Program-made: the position numbers and the translations under genes
Notes under the pieces: model-generated
Seen by the model: only the letters and a program-made list of their open reading frames with translations
The model's database searches: none
What the model was told of the DNA's origin: nothing
Shown: piece by piece, positions 49,381 to 58,719 of the stretch
Position numbering within the stretch: the first letter of the stretch is position 1
Layout of the letters: each line of letters begins with the position of its first letter
Assembly: GCA_963716725.1 (NCBI GenBank)
Contig: CAVQUB010000021.1
Span: forward strand, 192,001-256,000
Direction: 5' to 3'
Source: an uncultured delta proteobacterium
Lineage (GTDB): Bacteria > Myxococcota_A > Polyangia > Polyangiales > Polyangiaceae
DNA length: 64,000 nt

Positions 49381-51405
49381 ATGCGCGCCCGTCGCCCCCT
49401 CATCTGCTCGCTCCTCCTCGCTCCCCTCGCCTGCTCCCCTCGCGAGGCTGCCCGGCCGCCGCCGCCGCTCATGCCGCTACCGGCCCCCGTGGCCGCGGCT
49501 CCGGCTCCGCCGCTGACCTACGACGCGCTCGACCGCCGGGCCTTCAATCAGCTCGCCGTGCGCATGAACCTGCCGGTGTACTGGGCGCACGACTCGAACG
49601 CGAACAAGGTCGTCGACGCCGACGAGATCCGCGGGCTCTTGTTCTACCCGACGTCGCCGCCGTGGGTCCGAGGCGGCAGGCTGAGCCCGGAGTTCGACCT
49701 GGCCTACTCGGGGATGCTCGCGTCGCTCCACCCTCCGAGCGTCGATCTCGACCCCGCCGAAGCAACTCGGCGCGCGCTCGTGCTCGAAGACCTCGACCAA
49801 GGTCGAACGACGCTCATTCACAGCGACTTCCGCGGGTTCGCGCCCTCGGACCGCGCCGCTGTCCGTTCCATCGTCGCGGCGGCCCTGGAAGTCGAGCGCT
49901 TGTTCGCGACTCAGACCGGGATGACAGCCCTCGAGAGCAAAGTCCCGAGCGACCACGCGGCCAGTCAGAGCCTGTTTCGTCGCAACTGGGGCTCGAAGTG
50001 TGAGGGCCCCAAGACCGAGAAGAACCCCGCGTGCAGCGCCATCCCCGGCGCGCCGAAGCGCAAGGTGGATCTCTACCCTGCCAGCCTGCAAGACGATCCG
50101 CAGTTCTGCGAAGCCCTGGAAAAGCGCAAGGACGCCAAAGACCTGCTGGCTCCCTTCGTCGTCGTCCGAGAGCAAGACGGGCAGCTCGTGCCAGTGAAGT
50201 ACTCGAACGCATACGCGCGCGGCATGCAGATGGTCGCGGCGCACCTCGACGCCGCCGCAGGGTCCCTCGGCACCGACGAGCGCGCCTTCGCCGACTACCT
50301 GTCGGCTGCGGCCCGCGCCTTCCGCGACAACGACTGGGAGGCCGCCGACGAAGCCTGGTCGAAGATGAGCGGCAAGGGCTCCAAGTTCTACCTGCGGATC
50401 GGGCCGGACGAGACCTACTGGGAACCCTGCAGCCAGAAGGCGGGCTTTCATGTCAGCTTCGCACGCGTCAACAAGGACTCGCTGGTCTGGCAACAGAAGC
50501 TCTCGCCTTTCCGGCAGGAAATGGAGGCCGCGCTCGCCAAGCTGATTGGGTGGCCGTACCGAACTCGGACGGTGAACTTCAAGCTGCCCGAGTTCATCGA
50601 CGTCGTGCTCAACGCGGGCGACAGCCGCGCGGCCTTCGGTGCCACCATCGGTCAGTCGTTGCCGAACTGGGGCAAGGTCGCCAACGAGAGTCGCGGTCGT
50701 ACCGTCGCCATGGCGAACCTCTACACGGACCCCGACTCATTGCAGGCGAGGCGTGAGCAGGCGCAGTCGCTGCTCGACAAGTCCACGGCCAGCCTGCTGC
50801 GCGACGACGCGATGCCCGGGCTCTTGGCCACCGTCCTCCACGAGGCGACGCACAACCTCGGCCCGAGCCACGAGTACACTTTCATGGGCAAGACCGACAG
50901 CCAAGCCTTCGGCGGCGGCCTCGCTTCGATGCTCGAAGAACTCAAGGCGCAGAGCGGCGCGCTCTACTTCTTGGACTTGCTCGTAAAGAAGGCAGTCATC
51001 ACCGAAGAGGTGAGGCGGCAGTCGTACCTCGACAGCGTCGTGTGGTCGTTTGGCCACGTCGCGCAGGGAATGTGGACCGACGAAGGCACCCGCAAGCCGT
51101 ACAGCCAATTGGCCGCGATTCAGCTCGGCGTGTTGATGGAGGCCGGCGCCGTGGTGTGGGACGCCACCGCGATCGCGGCCAATGGCAGCGACGTAGGCGC
51201 CTTCAAGCTGCAGTTCGACAAGTTCCCGAGCGCCAGCCAGCAGCTGATGCGCCAGGTCGCACAGCTCAAGGCGCGAAACGACAAGAAGGGCCTCGAAGCC
51301 CTGGCAAAGAAGCACGTCGATGGCGGCCAGGTCCCGCAAGGCATCATCGCGGAGCGGGTGCTGCGCTTCCCCAAGAACAGCTTCGTCTACTCCGTGGATC
51401 TCTGA
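49381..51405 (+). CDS. Peptidase M49-like (dipeptidyl peptidase III, HEXXH type) lipoprotein
   Basis: Lipobox PLAC, IGPDETY, GQSLPN, LHEATHNLGP, LEELKA. Confidence 0.75.
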   Translation: MRARRPLICSLLLAPLACSPREAARPPPPLMPLPAPVAAAPAPPLTYDALDRRAFNQLAVRMNLPVYWAHDSNANKVVDADEIRGLLFYPTSPPWVRGGRLSPEFDLAYSGMLASLHPPSVDLDPAEATRRALVLEDLDQGRTTLIHSDFRGFAPSDRAAVRSIVAAALEVERLFATQTGMTALESKVPSDHAASQSLFRRNWGSKCEGPKTEKNPACSAIPGAPKRKVDLYPASLQDDPQFCEALEKRKDAKDLLAPFVVVREQDGQLVPVKYSNAYARGMQMVAAHLDAAAGSLGTDERAFADYLSAAARAFRDNDWEAADEAWSKMSGKGSKFYLRIGPDETYWEPCSQKAGFHVSFARVNKDSLVWQQKLSPFRQEMEAALAKLIGWPYRTRTVNFKLPEFIDVVLNAGDSRAAFGATIGQSLPNWGKVANESRGRTVAMANLYTDPDSLQARREQAQSLLDKSTASLLRDDAMPGLLATVLHEATHNLGPSHEYTFMGKTDSQAFGGGLASMLEELKAQSGALYFLDLLVKKAVITEEVRRQSYLDSVVWSFGHVAQGMWTDEGTRKPYSQLAAIQLGVLMEAGAVVWDATAIAANGSDVGAFKLQFDKFPSASQQLMRQVAQLKARNDKKGLEALAKKHVDGGQVPQGIIAERVLRFPKNSFVYSVDL

Positions 51406-51411
51406 GCTCGC

Positions 51412-52497
51412 TCAGGGCCGGATCACCCACGCCAGCTCCGTCACGAAGGAGCTCCCGCACTCCCGCACGCGCACCGGCGCGTCGGCCTGCGATCCATCGG
51501 CGAGGACCACCTCGACGTGGCTGCAGCCCTGGGTCTCTCCCCACAGGTACGCGATCTTCTTGCCGTCGGGCGACCAGACCGTACTGGTGCCGTTGCGGCT
51601 CGCGACCTTGATCAGGTCGGAGCCGTCGAGCTTCATGCTGTAGAGCGCGCTCTTCTGCGCGGTATCGGCAAAGAGCAGACGAGCACCGTCCGGCGAGAGC
51701 ACGCCGCCCGAAGCGCTCGCTCGGAGCGAGGTCGGAGCGCCGCTCGGCAGCGTCTTCTTCACAATGGCGCGCTCTTGTTTGCCACCGGTGACGTTGATCA
51801 GCGTGTAGAAGAGCGTGGTTTCGTCGGAGCTGAGCTGGGGATGAAGCTCCATCGTCGTGGGCGTCGAGTCCTCGCCGAGACCCAACCACTCGAAGGCGCC
51901 GCTCGTCGCGAGCCGGCCGACGCGATAGGTCTTGTTTTCTCCCGTCGCGGCGAAGTCACGCCGACGACACACGACCATGGAGTCCGCCGCGCTGTTCCAA
52001 TCGTGGCACTCGTCGTTGATGTTGCCCCACGAGAGCACCGCGGCGCTCTGTGTCGCTGCGTCGTAGACCCAGGTGTGCTGAACGGCGTCGCCAATCTCGA
52101 CGCCGTAGTGCTCCTTCTGCAGCGGATCACCGCAAGCAAAGGCAATCTTCGCCGCGTCCTTCGAGACGCCCATGGACCAGACCCGGTGTGCCTCGAAGAT
52201 CTTCGTCTCGGATGACCCGTCGGGCTTCATGGAAGACACCGCGTTGGGTTGCAGATCCCAGTCGTTGAACAGGATCTGTTCACCGGAGGGCATGGGGGCC
52301 AGCGCTTTGAAAGCGATGCCGGCGGGCTCGGGCTTGGCCACGCCGCCGCTGCCGCTCGCTCCGCCTGCGCCGCCAACGCCGCCAACGCCGCCAACGCCAC
52401 CGGTCGCCGAGCCACCGTCAGCGTCGTCGCTACCGCACGCTACGAACGTGCCAGCGCCCAAGCACACGAGCGCGAGCGTCCAAATCCCCAGCTTCAT
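51412..52497 (-). CDS. TolB/PD40-like beta-propeller lipoprotein
   Basis: Lipobox FVAC; LSPDGARL, WSPDGKKIAY, MKPDGS. Confidence 0.8.
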   Translation of the reverse strand: MKLGIWTLALVCLGAGTFVACGSDDADGGSATGGVGGVGGVGGAGGASGSGGVAKPEPAGIAFKALAPMPSGEQILFNDWDLQPNAVSSMKPDGSSETKIFEAHRVWSMGVSKDAAKIAFACGDPLQKEHYGVEIGDAVQHTWVYDAATQSAAVLSWGNINDECHDWNSAADSMVVCRRRDFAATGENKTYRVGRLATSGAFEWLGLGEDSTPTTMELHPQLSSDETTLFYTLINVTGGKQERAIVKKTLPSGAPTSLRASASGGVLSPDGARLLFADTAQKSALYSMKLDGSDLIKVASRNGTSTVWSPDGKKIAYLWGETQGCSHVEVVLADGSQADAPVRVRECGSSFVTELAWVIRP

Positions 52498-52585
52498 GGC
52501 CGCGGAGCCAAACACGCGCCGCGCTCTGGGGCAACCCCGGCGTGTCTTGACGCGGCCTCCGAGATGCGGCCATGGCTTGGCCTCG

Positions 52586-53735
52586 ATGCGCTTCCTCTAC
52601 ACGGGCGACGGGCAGGGCGAAGCGCGAGAGCGGGCCGCCCTCGCCGCTCGCATCGACGCCGTCTTGCACTCCGTGGCCGAAGCGGGTCACGACGAGGTGA
52701 CCATCGCGGATCTCCATCGCGCGCATCCATCCCGATCTGGACGCCGAGCTACTTCGCGACGAACACTTGGTGGTGGTGACGCCCCGCGGCGAACGCCGAG
52801 TTCGGCCCCTGGCCGCGTTCGTGGCGGAGCGGGCGTCGAAGGTCGATGGCCTACGTTTCACCACGCATCGGCCAGCGCGGGCCTTCGACGAGATGGTGGC
52901 CACCGTGCGGCGGGAGCACGGCTTCGAGCTCGGCTCTGCCCAGGCCCGGGCGGGTTTTTCTCGCGGTCACTTGCTCGAGCTGGTCATCTATGGCGACGGT
53001 TTCGGAAGCGCCACGGACGAGCGCGCGCTGGCGGCGGCCGAACGCGCCGCGGAGGTCTTGCTCGGTGAGCGGGTGACCGATGACTGGGTTGGCAGAATCG
53101 ACGCGGAGCCCTTGCCGCGTGGTGGGGCGCTGCGCGTCGTGCAGCGGGACGCCGCGCCACGTTTTCCGCTGGCGGAGTTGCCGCAGGCCGTCGCCCGGGC
53201 GGTGGAGGGTTTGGCTCGCGAGCTGCCAGATCTGGCAGGGCTCACGGCGCCGCGCGAGGGCTGGGTGCTGTTCGAGTCCGAGCCCGAAGCCTGTTCCGAG
53301 TATGCGGCCCAGGACGACGTCGCCCTGGCAAGCGGCGCCTTGCCCGAGATGCTCAAGTGTTTCCTCGAAGGCGCGCCCTTCTCGTCGAAGCGCTTCGTGC
53401 GCGGTGGAGCCCGGGTTGTGTACTTGAAGACCGACGCCGGGGGCGCATCGTTCGAAGATCGCGTCGCTCGGCGCGCAAAGCTGGAGGACGACTTGGCCAC
53501 CTCGCTCTCCGCGCGACGGCTCGGCGCCGTCGTCGGCAACGGCCTGGGGCTGCGCTACGCCTATGTGGATTTGGCGCTGGCGCCCGAACCAGCCGCGCTC
53601 TCGGTGGTGTGCGAGGTGGCGAGGAGCGCCGGAGTGAGTCGCCGGAGTTGGCTCCTGTTCTGCGACAGCGACCTCGCCGACGAATGGGTGGGGGTGTGGC
53701 CCGACACCCCACCGCCCCCCGCGCTCGTGCCCTGA
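52586..53735 (+). CDS. Hypothetical protein (1 frameshift at ~52725)
   Basis: MRFLYTGDG...TIADL joins IARIHPDLDAELLRDEHLVVVTPRGE... if one C is removed. Confidence 0.7.
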
Positions 53736-53876
53736 AGGCGTGTCGAAGAATGGCGGAACGCAAGCCGGCGGAGCCGGCCCACCCCGTCGGCTGTCGCGCA
53801 GCGCGTCGCGTGGGGCGGGGAGGCGCGTGCCTCCCCGATGACCAAGTGAAAGAGCTGTCGGATTTTCGACAGCTCT
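53736..53876. repeat. Structured REP/MITE-like element or terminator between convergent genes
   Basis: Hairpins GGGGAGGC-GCGT-GCCTCCCC (53817-53836) and AGAGCTGTCG-N6-CGACAGCTCT (53851-53876). Ends TGTCGAA / TTCGACA are inverted. Confidence 0.5.
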
Positions 53877-53880
53877 CGAG

Positions 53881-54951
53881 TCAGAGCAATCGCCTCAAGA
53901 GCGCGTGCAGCCGATCGAGCGTCGGGTCACCGTCGAGTCGCTCGAGAGCGCCGAAGACCTTCTCGATGGTGGGCTCGACAAAACCCAAGAACGCTGGATT
54001 TCCCCGGACGCGATCGATGAAGACGAAGCGACCCGCGTCCTTGAGCTTGCGCTGGACGGTGACGGTGTCGAACTCCCGCCCGACGGCTTTGCGACCGACC
54101 GCGTCGAGCCCGTGGTGCTCCGAGTACTCGTCGAGGCGCGCTTCGACGAAGCTCCGGTCGAAGGACTGGTAGCTGTCGTTGAGCAGCGCAACCAAGTCGT
54201 AGACCCGCGGGCCGAGCAAGGCGTCCTGGAAATCAATCCAGACCAGCGACGGATCGGCGTCAGCGTGCTCCTGCACCATCAGGTTTCGGCTCTGATAGTC
54301 CCGGTGCACGAAACCGCGCGGCCAGCTCGCGATGCGCTCGGCCAGGGTGCTGGCTGCTTCGGCGAAGACGCCACTGTCCTCGGCACCGAGCGTGATCCCG
54401 CGGGCTTCGAGCGCCCACTCGCGGAAGTGCTCCACCTCCCAGCGCAGGAGATCTTCGTCGAACGCCCGTGATGCGACCACTGAGGTGGCCGGGAGTGGGC
54501 TCAGCTCGCGCTGCGCTCGCGCGAGATCGGCCACCGCCGACTGGTACAGGCGCTCGCGCGTCGCGGGCTTCCGCTCGAGGTAGCGCGCGAGGGTGTCGTC
54601 CCCCAGATCTTCGACGAGCAGGAACCCATCGTCACAGGCTTCGCCGATCACGCGCGGCACCCTCACTCCCTTGTCGGCGAGCAGGTCCCTGACTTCGAGG
54701 AAGGGCCAGCGGCGGGCGGAGTCGTCGGCCTTGGCCACCTCGTCCGAGCGTTTCGCGTCAGGGACGTACATCGCGACGGCGCTGCGACCGTCTCGCAGAC
54801 GGATACGAAAGAACCGGCGTGTCGACGCGCCCCCTTCCATCGCGGCGACGCTAACCGGCCCCGAGGTGCCGGTTGCGGCTCGCACCAGGCGCTCGAGGGC
54901 TTCGAGGGACGGCGTCGGATCGCGGACCGCCGCCGGGGGCAAGGTGGGCAT
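53881..54951 (-). CDS. AmgK-like anomeric MurNAc/GlcNAc kinase (APH family)
   Basis: GGASTRRFFR, EDLGD, HRDYQSRNLM, IDFQDALLGP..YDLVALL, QRKLK. Confidence 0.85.
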   Translation of the reverse strand: MPTLPPAAVRDPTPSLEALERLVRAATGTSGPVSVAAMEGGASTRRFFRIRLRDGRSAVAMYVPDAKRSDEVAKADDSARRWPFLEVRDLLADKGVRVPRVIGEACDDGFLLVEDLGDDTLARYLERKPATRERLYQSAVADLARAQRELSPLPATSVVASRAFDEDLLRWEVEHFREWALEARGITLGAEDSGVFAEAASTLAERIASWPRGFVHRDYQSRNLMVQEHADADPSLVWIDFQDALLGPRVYDLVALLNDSYQSFDRSFVEARLDEYSEHHGLDAVGRKAVGREFDTVTVQRKLKDAGRFVFIDRVRGNPAFLGFVEPTIEKVFGALERLDGDPTLDRLHALLRRLL

Positions 54952-55000
54952 ACGCCCCACGGTGTAGCAAAAGTCCCGGGTGCGGTACACGTTGGGGGAA

Positions 55001-55627
55001 ATGCCGACTCGCCCGGGAGGGGGCCTCGCCCCACGCATCGAGCGCTGCATGCGCAGCCTGAATGCAGAAGCAGACCATGAAACGGTGCGGACGCTCGCCG
55101 CTCTCCTCGACCGCGTCGTCGAGTGGAACGACAAAGTCGATTTGACCGCGGCGCGGGACCCCGACGAACTCGTAGACCTGTTCGTGGCCGACGCTGCCGT
55201 GGTCGCACGCCTGCACGACCGCGTCGGCGAGGCTTGGGTCGACGTCGGGAGCGGGGCGGGCGCGCCGGGCATTCCCTTGGCGCTCTTGATGAATGGCAGC
55301 CTCACGCTGATCGAGCCCAAGGCCAAGCGGGTGGCGTTCTTGCGTACCGCGGTCGGTGCCCTCGCGCTGGACCGCGTATCGGTGCGTCGCGATCGCTGCG
55401 AGGCGATTGCGGACAGGAGCTTCGACGCGGCGATCTCGCGCGCCACCCTCGATCCGGCAGACTGGCTGGCCGAAGGCGTACGGATCGCGCGTAACTCGGT
55501 GTGGGTGCTCGTCGCGCGCACCGCTCCGCCGAGCGTCGCCGGATGGCGCGTCGATCGCGACGAGACCTACTGCCTCCCGCTCACCGGCGCGCCGCGACGC
55601 GCCCTGCGCTACGTGCCCGTGGCCTGA
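55001..55627 (+). CDS. rsmG: 16S rRNA m7G527 methyltransferase
   Basis: WNDKVDLTA, DVGSGAGAPGIPLA, IEPKAKRVAFL, SRA. Confidence 0.9.
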   Translation: MPTRPGGGLAPRIERCMRSLNAEADHETVRTLAALLDRVVEWNDKVDLTAARDPDELVDLFVADAAVVARLHDRVGEAWVDVGSGAGAPGIPLALLMNGSLTLIEPKAKRVAFLRTAVGALALDRVSVRRDRCEAIADRSFDAAISRATLDPADWLAEGVRIARNSVWVLVARTAPPSVAGWRVDRDETYCLPLTGAPRRALRYVPVA

Positions 55628-55688
55628 AGATCAGCGCGCAGGACCGTGGCGCAGGACGCAGCCACGAAGCGCGCGGTCGATCGCCCCT

Positions 55689-56213
55689 TCAGTCGGAGCC
55701 TGCGTCGTCGGGCCCAGCGTCCGCGCCGCCGCTGCCGCCGGTCGAGCCGCCGCTGCCGCCGGTCGAGCCGCCGCTGCCGCCGGTCGAGCCGCCGCTGCCG
55801 CCGGTCGAGCCGCCGCTGCCGCCGGTCGAGCCGCCGCTGCCGCCGGTCGAGCCGCCGCTGCCGCCGGTCGCGCCGCCGCTGCCGCCGGTCGAGCCGCCGC
55901 TGCCGCCGGTCGAGCCGCCGCTGCCGCCGGTCGAGCCGCCGCTGCCGCCGGTCGCGCCACCGCTGCCGCCCGTCGCGCCACCGCTGCCCGCTGTTCCGCC
56001 GGCGCCCGCGGTGCCGCCGGTCGAGCCGCCGCTGCCGCCGGTCGAGCCGCCGCTGCCGCCGGTCGCACCGCCGCTGCCGCCGGTCGCACCGCCGCTGCCC
56101 GGGGTGCCACCGGACGCTTCGATTTTCGCGCGGTCGACGTCGGTGATGAGAGCGCAGCCGATGAGCGCCAGTCCGGCGCCTGCGATGACGAGGTAGCGAC
56201 TCGAGCCAGTCAT
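55689..56213 (-). CDS. Gly/Ser-rich lipoprotein (paralogue B)
   Basis: Lipobox LIGC followed by ALITDVDRAKI, then about 16 GGSGG(S/A)T units. Confidence 0.8.
   Translation of the reverse strand: MTGSSRYLVIAGAGLALIGCALITDVDRAKIEASGGTPGSGGATGGSGGATGGSGGSTGGSGGSTGGTAGAGGTAGSGGATGGSGGATGGSGGSTGGSGGSTGGSGGSTGGSGGATGGSGGSTGGSGGSTGGSGGSTGGSGGSTGGSGGSTGGSGGSTGGSGGADAGPDDAGSD
55725..56100 (-). repeat. 21-bp tandem repeat encoding GGSGG(S/A)T
   Basis: Plus-strand unit GCCGCCGCTGCCGCCGGTCGA, many perfect copies. Confidence 0.9.
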
Positions 56214-56255
56214 GCGACGGGTTGTATCACAGGCGGCTCGCCGCTTGGAAAGGCC

Positions 56256-56852
56256 TCAATCGGTGCTGGCGTCCCCGGCGTCGCCTGCAGCGTCGTCCGG
56301 TGCATCGGCGCCGGCATCCCCGCCGCCGGTGCTGGCGTCGACCGCGGCGTCGGAGCCCGCGTCACTGCCACCGCTGCCGCCCGCGCCGCCGCTGCCGCCC
56401 GCGCCGCCCGCGCCGCCCGCGCCGCCGCTGCCGCCCGCGCCACCGCTGCCGCCCGCGCCACCGCTGCCGCCCGCGCCACCGCTGCCGCCCGCGCCACCGC
56501 TGGAAGCATCCGGGCCGCCATCGCTTCCGGCTGCGCCGTCGCCAGCGTCGCTGCCGGCCAATCCGTCGCCGGCGTCAGCGCCAGCCATGCCGCCGCTGCC
56601 GGCCATGCCGCCACTGCCCGCCGTGCCGCCCGTGCCGCCCGTGCCACCGGCGCCGCCGATGCCACCAGTGCCGCCGGTTCCGCCGCCACCGGTGCCGCCT
56701 CCGCCGACCCCACCGGTGCCTCCGCTGCCGCCGATGCCGCCGGTCCCCTCCTGGATCTTGTCGCGGTCGACGTCCGTGAAGAGCGTGCAGCTCGACACGA
56801 CCAGGGCTCCCAGCATCCCGAGACTCATTAGTGTGCGGCGACGATTGGTCAT
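56256..56852 (-). CDS. Gly-rich lipoprotein (paralogue A)
   Basis: Lipobox VSSC followed by TLFTDVDRDKI, then Gly-rich and DAG acidic repeats. Confidence 0.8.
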   Translation of the reverse strand: MTNRRRTLMSLGMLGALVVSSCTLFTDVDRDKIQEGTGGIGGSGGTGGVGGGGTGGGGTGGTGGIGGAGGTGGTGGTAGSGGMAGSGGMAGADAGDGLAGSDAGDGAAGSDGGPDASSGGAGGSGGAGGSGGAGGSGGAGGSGGAGGAGGAGGSGGAGGSGGSDAGSDAAVDASTGGGDAGADAPDDAAGDAGDASTD

Positions 56853-56954
56853 GTCCGAGCCCTCGTTTTCGAGTGGCCGCGATGTTCCTCTGCCCGCCCG
56901 TCGAGCGCAAGGACTGATCGTCCGAGAGGTAATTTGTCGTATGAGGGTCGCCCA

Positions 56955-57830
56955 GTGCGGGTTCATCTGATCGACGGCACCTACGAGCTCTTCCGAGCCT
57001 TCTTCGGAACGCCCAGCGCCCATGACGCGCGTGGGCGCGAGGTCGGCGCGACGCGAGGTCTGCTGAGCAGCCTCCATGCGTTCTTGCGTGACGAAAACGT
57101 CACGCACGCCGCCTGTGCCTTCGATCACGTGATCGAGTCGTTTCGAAACGATCTCTTCGCTGGCTACAAGACCGCGGACGGGGTCGATCCCGCCTTGCTG
57201 TTACAATTCGAGCTCGCCGAGCGCGCGGCGGAGGCGCTGGGCCTGGTGGTCTGGCCAATGACTGCGCTCGAAGCCGACGACGCCATGGCGAGCGCCGCGG
57301 CCCAGCTGATCAGGGACTCCCGAGTCGAGCAGGTAGTGCTGTGCTCCCCCGACAAGGATCTCGCTCAGTGTGTGGTGGACGACCGTGTGGTCTGTCTCGA
57401 TCGCGCGCGTCGACGAGTACTCGACGCCGACGGCGTGCGACTCCGCTTCGGCGTACCGCCAGGCGCCATCGCGGACTACTTGGCGTTGGTCGGTGACGCT
57501 GCCGACGGTATCCCGGGCATCCCACGCTGGGGCGCACGCTCCGCGTCGACGCTACTCGCTCGCTACGAGAGCATCGAGAACATCCCCGACGACGACTCGA
57601 TGTGGGACGTCGCGGTGCGCGGAGCACGGTCGTTGGCCCGGGAGCTCTCGACCCGCCGCGAGGAGGCTCGCCTGTACAAGACCCTCACGACTCTGAGGAG
57701 CGACGCGGAGCTGTTCGGCCGCGTCGAGGAGCTCGAGTGGCACGGCGCCAATCGCTCGATGCTCGAATCGCTGTGCGAGGAGATCGGCGAGCGGGGGCTG
57801 CCGGCCCGGGTGGTTCGCTGGCGGAATTGA
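56955..57830 (+). CDS. Stand-alone 5'-3' exonuclease / flap endonuclease
   Basis: HLIDGTYELFRAF, FRNDLFAGYK, EADD, DKDLAQ, LVGDAADGIPG. Confidence 0.9.
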   Translation: MRVHLIDGTYELFRAFFGTPSAHDARGREVGATRGLLSSLHAFLRDENVTHAACAFDHVIESFRNDLFAGYKTADGVDPALLLQFELAERAAEALGLVVWPMTALEADDAMASAAAQLIRDSRVEQVVLCSPDKDLAQCVVDDRVVCLDRARRRVLDADGVRLRFGVPPGAIADYLALVGDAADGIPGIPRWGARSASTLLARYESIENIPDDDSMWDVAVRGARSLARELSTRREEARLYKTLTTLRSDAELFGRVEELEWHGANRSMLESLCEEIGERGLPARVVRWRN

Positions 57831-57855
57831 CCCGATGCAGCTAGGCTCTGCGTCG

Positions 57856-58704
57856 ATGAAGAGCCAAATCGTGTTGGCACTCGCCGTTCTCGCCGCTCCC
57901 GGCGCCGCGTCCGCTCAAACCTGGGGCCAGCCCGCGGGGCAGCAACCACAGCAGCCGCAGCAGAGCTGGGGGACACCTCAAGGCCAGGGGACCGGCGGCA
58001 TGAGCGCCGGCGGCCTGGCGCCACCGAGCTCGAACCCGGGGGACCCCAACGCGGGCTACCAACAAACCGAGCAACAGATGTCGAAGGCGGACAAAGAGGA
58101 CTCCGGCCGTGGGCTCGAGTTCTTCTGGCTCAACGCCGAAGTGGGCGGTCAGCACCTCGGGCTTCAGACCTTCAAGGCCAACAACCTGGTCGATGCTGGC
58201 ACGGTGAAAACCTCGCAAACGGGTCTGATGTACGGCGCAGGCTTGGGCCTCCGGCTCGTCTTCATCACCCTCGGCGCACGCTTCCGGCTGGGGCAGTTCA
58301 GCGAGTGGGACATCTGGACGCTCAATGGAGAGCTCGGCATTCACATCCCGCTCGGGGCCGTCGAGCCCTACTTCACCTTCGGCGGCGGCTACGCTTCGAT
58401 GGGCGCCTTCGATGGCAACAACCTGGGCGGCAGCCTCAGCTCCGAAGACGTGGACATCAAGGGCTACGACATCCGCGGCGGCTTCGGCATCGACGTCTAC
58501 GTCTCGAGCACGTTCTCGATCGGCGCCAACCTGACCGGCGAGATGCTCGTGCTCACTCGACCGGGGGTCAATCCGTCGAAGCTCAAGGCCAGCGGCACCA
58601 GCGGCACCAGCGGCACGCAGGCGGCTGCCGAGGCGTACGAGGCCGACGGCTCGAGCATCGGTGCGGCGGTCTCGCTGACGGGCGTCGCCGGGCTCCACTT
58701 CTGA
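57856..58704 (+). CDS. Outer-membrane beta-barrel protein
   Basis: Signal peptide, Q-rich linker, beta strands, terminal AGLHF. Confidence 0.8.
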   Translation: MKSQIVLALAVLAAPGAASAQTWGQPAGQQPQQPQQSWGTPQGQGTGGMSAGGLAPPSSNPGDPNAGYQQTEQQMSKADKEDSGRGLEFFWLNAEVGGQHLGLQTFKANNLVDAGTVKTSQTGLMYGAGLGLRLVFITLGARFRLGQFSEWDIWTLNGELGIHIPLGAVEPYFTFGGGYASMGAFDGNNLGGSLSSEDVDIKGYDIRGGFGIDVYVSSTFSIGANLTGEMLVLTRPGVNPSKLKASGTSGTSGTQAAAEAYEADGSSIGAAVSLTGVAGLHF

Positions 58705-58719
58705 TCGGAGCGGCGCATC

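Noticed and set aside
3330..52730. Programmed frameshifting at ~3336, 3610, 6291, 7046, 44465 and 52725
   Set aside because: All are single extra bases with no slippery heptamer and occur in unrelated genes, consistent with insertion-biased sequencing error.
55725..56100. Regular repeat array as a possible CRISPR
   Set aside because: Contiguous 21-bp units with no unique spacers, in frame within a lipoprotein, and no cas genes. The same applies to 5725-5850, 4708-4840 and 24023-24085.
55501..56970. Pro-rich and Arg-rich ORFs on the plus strand
   Set aside because: Reverse-strand and alternate-frame translations of the Gly-rich lipoprotein repeats.
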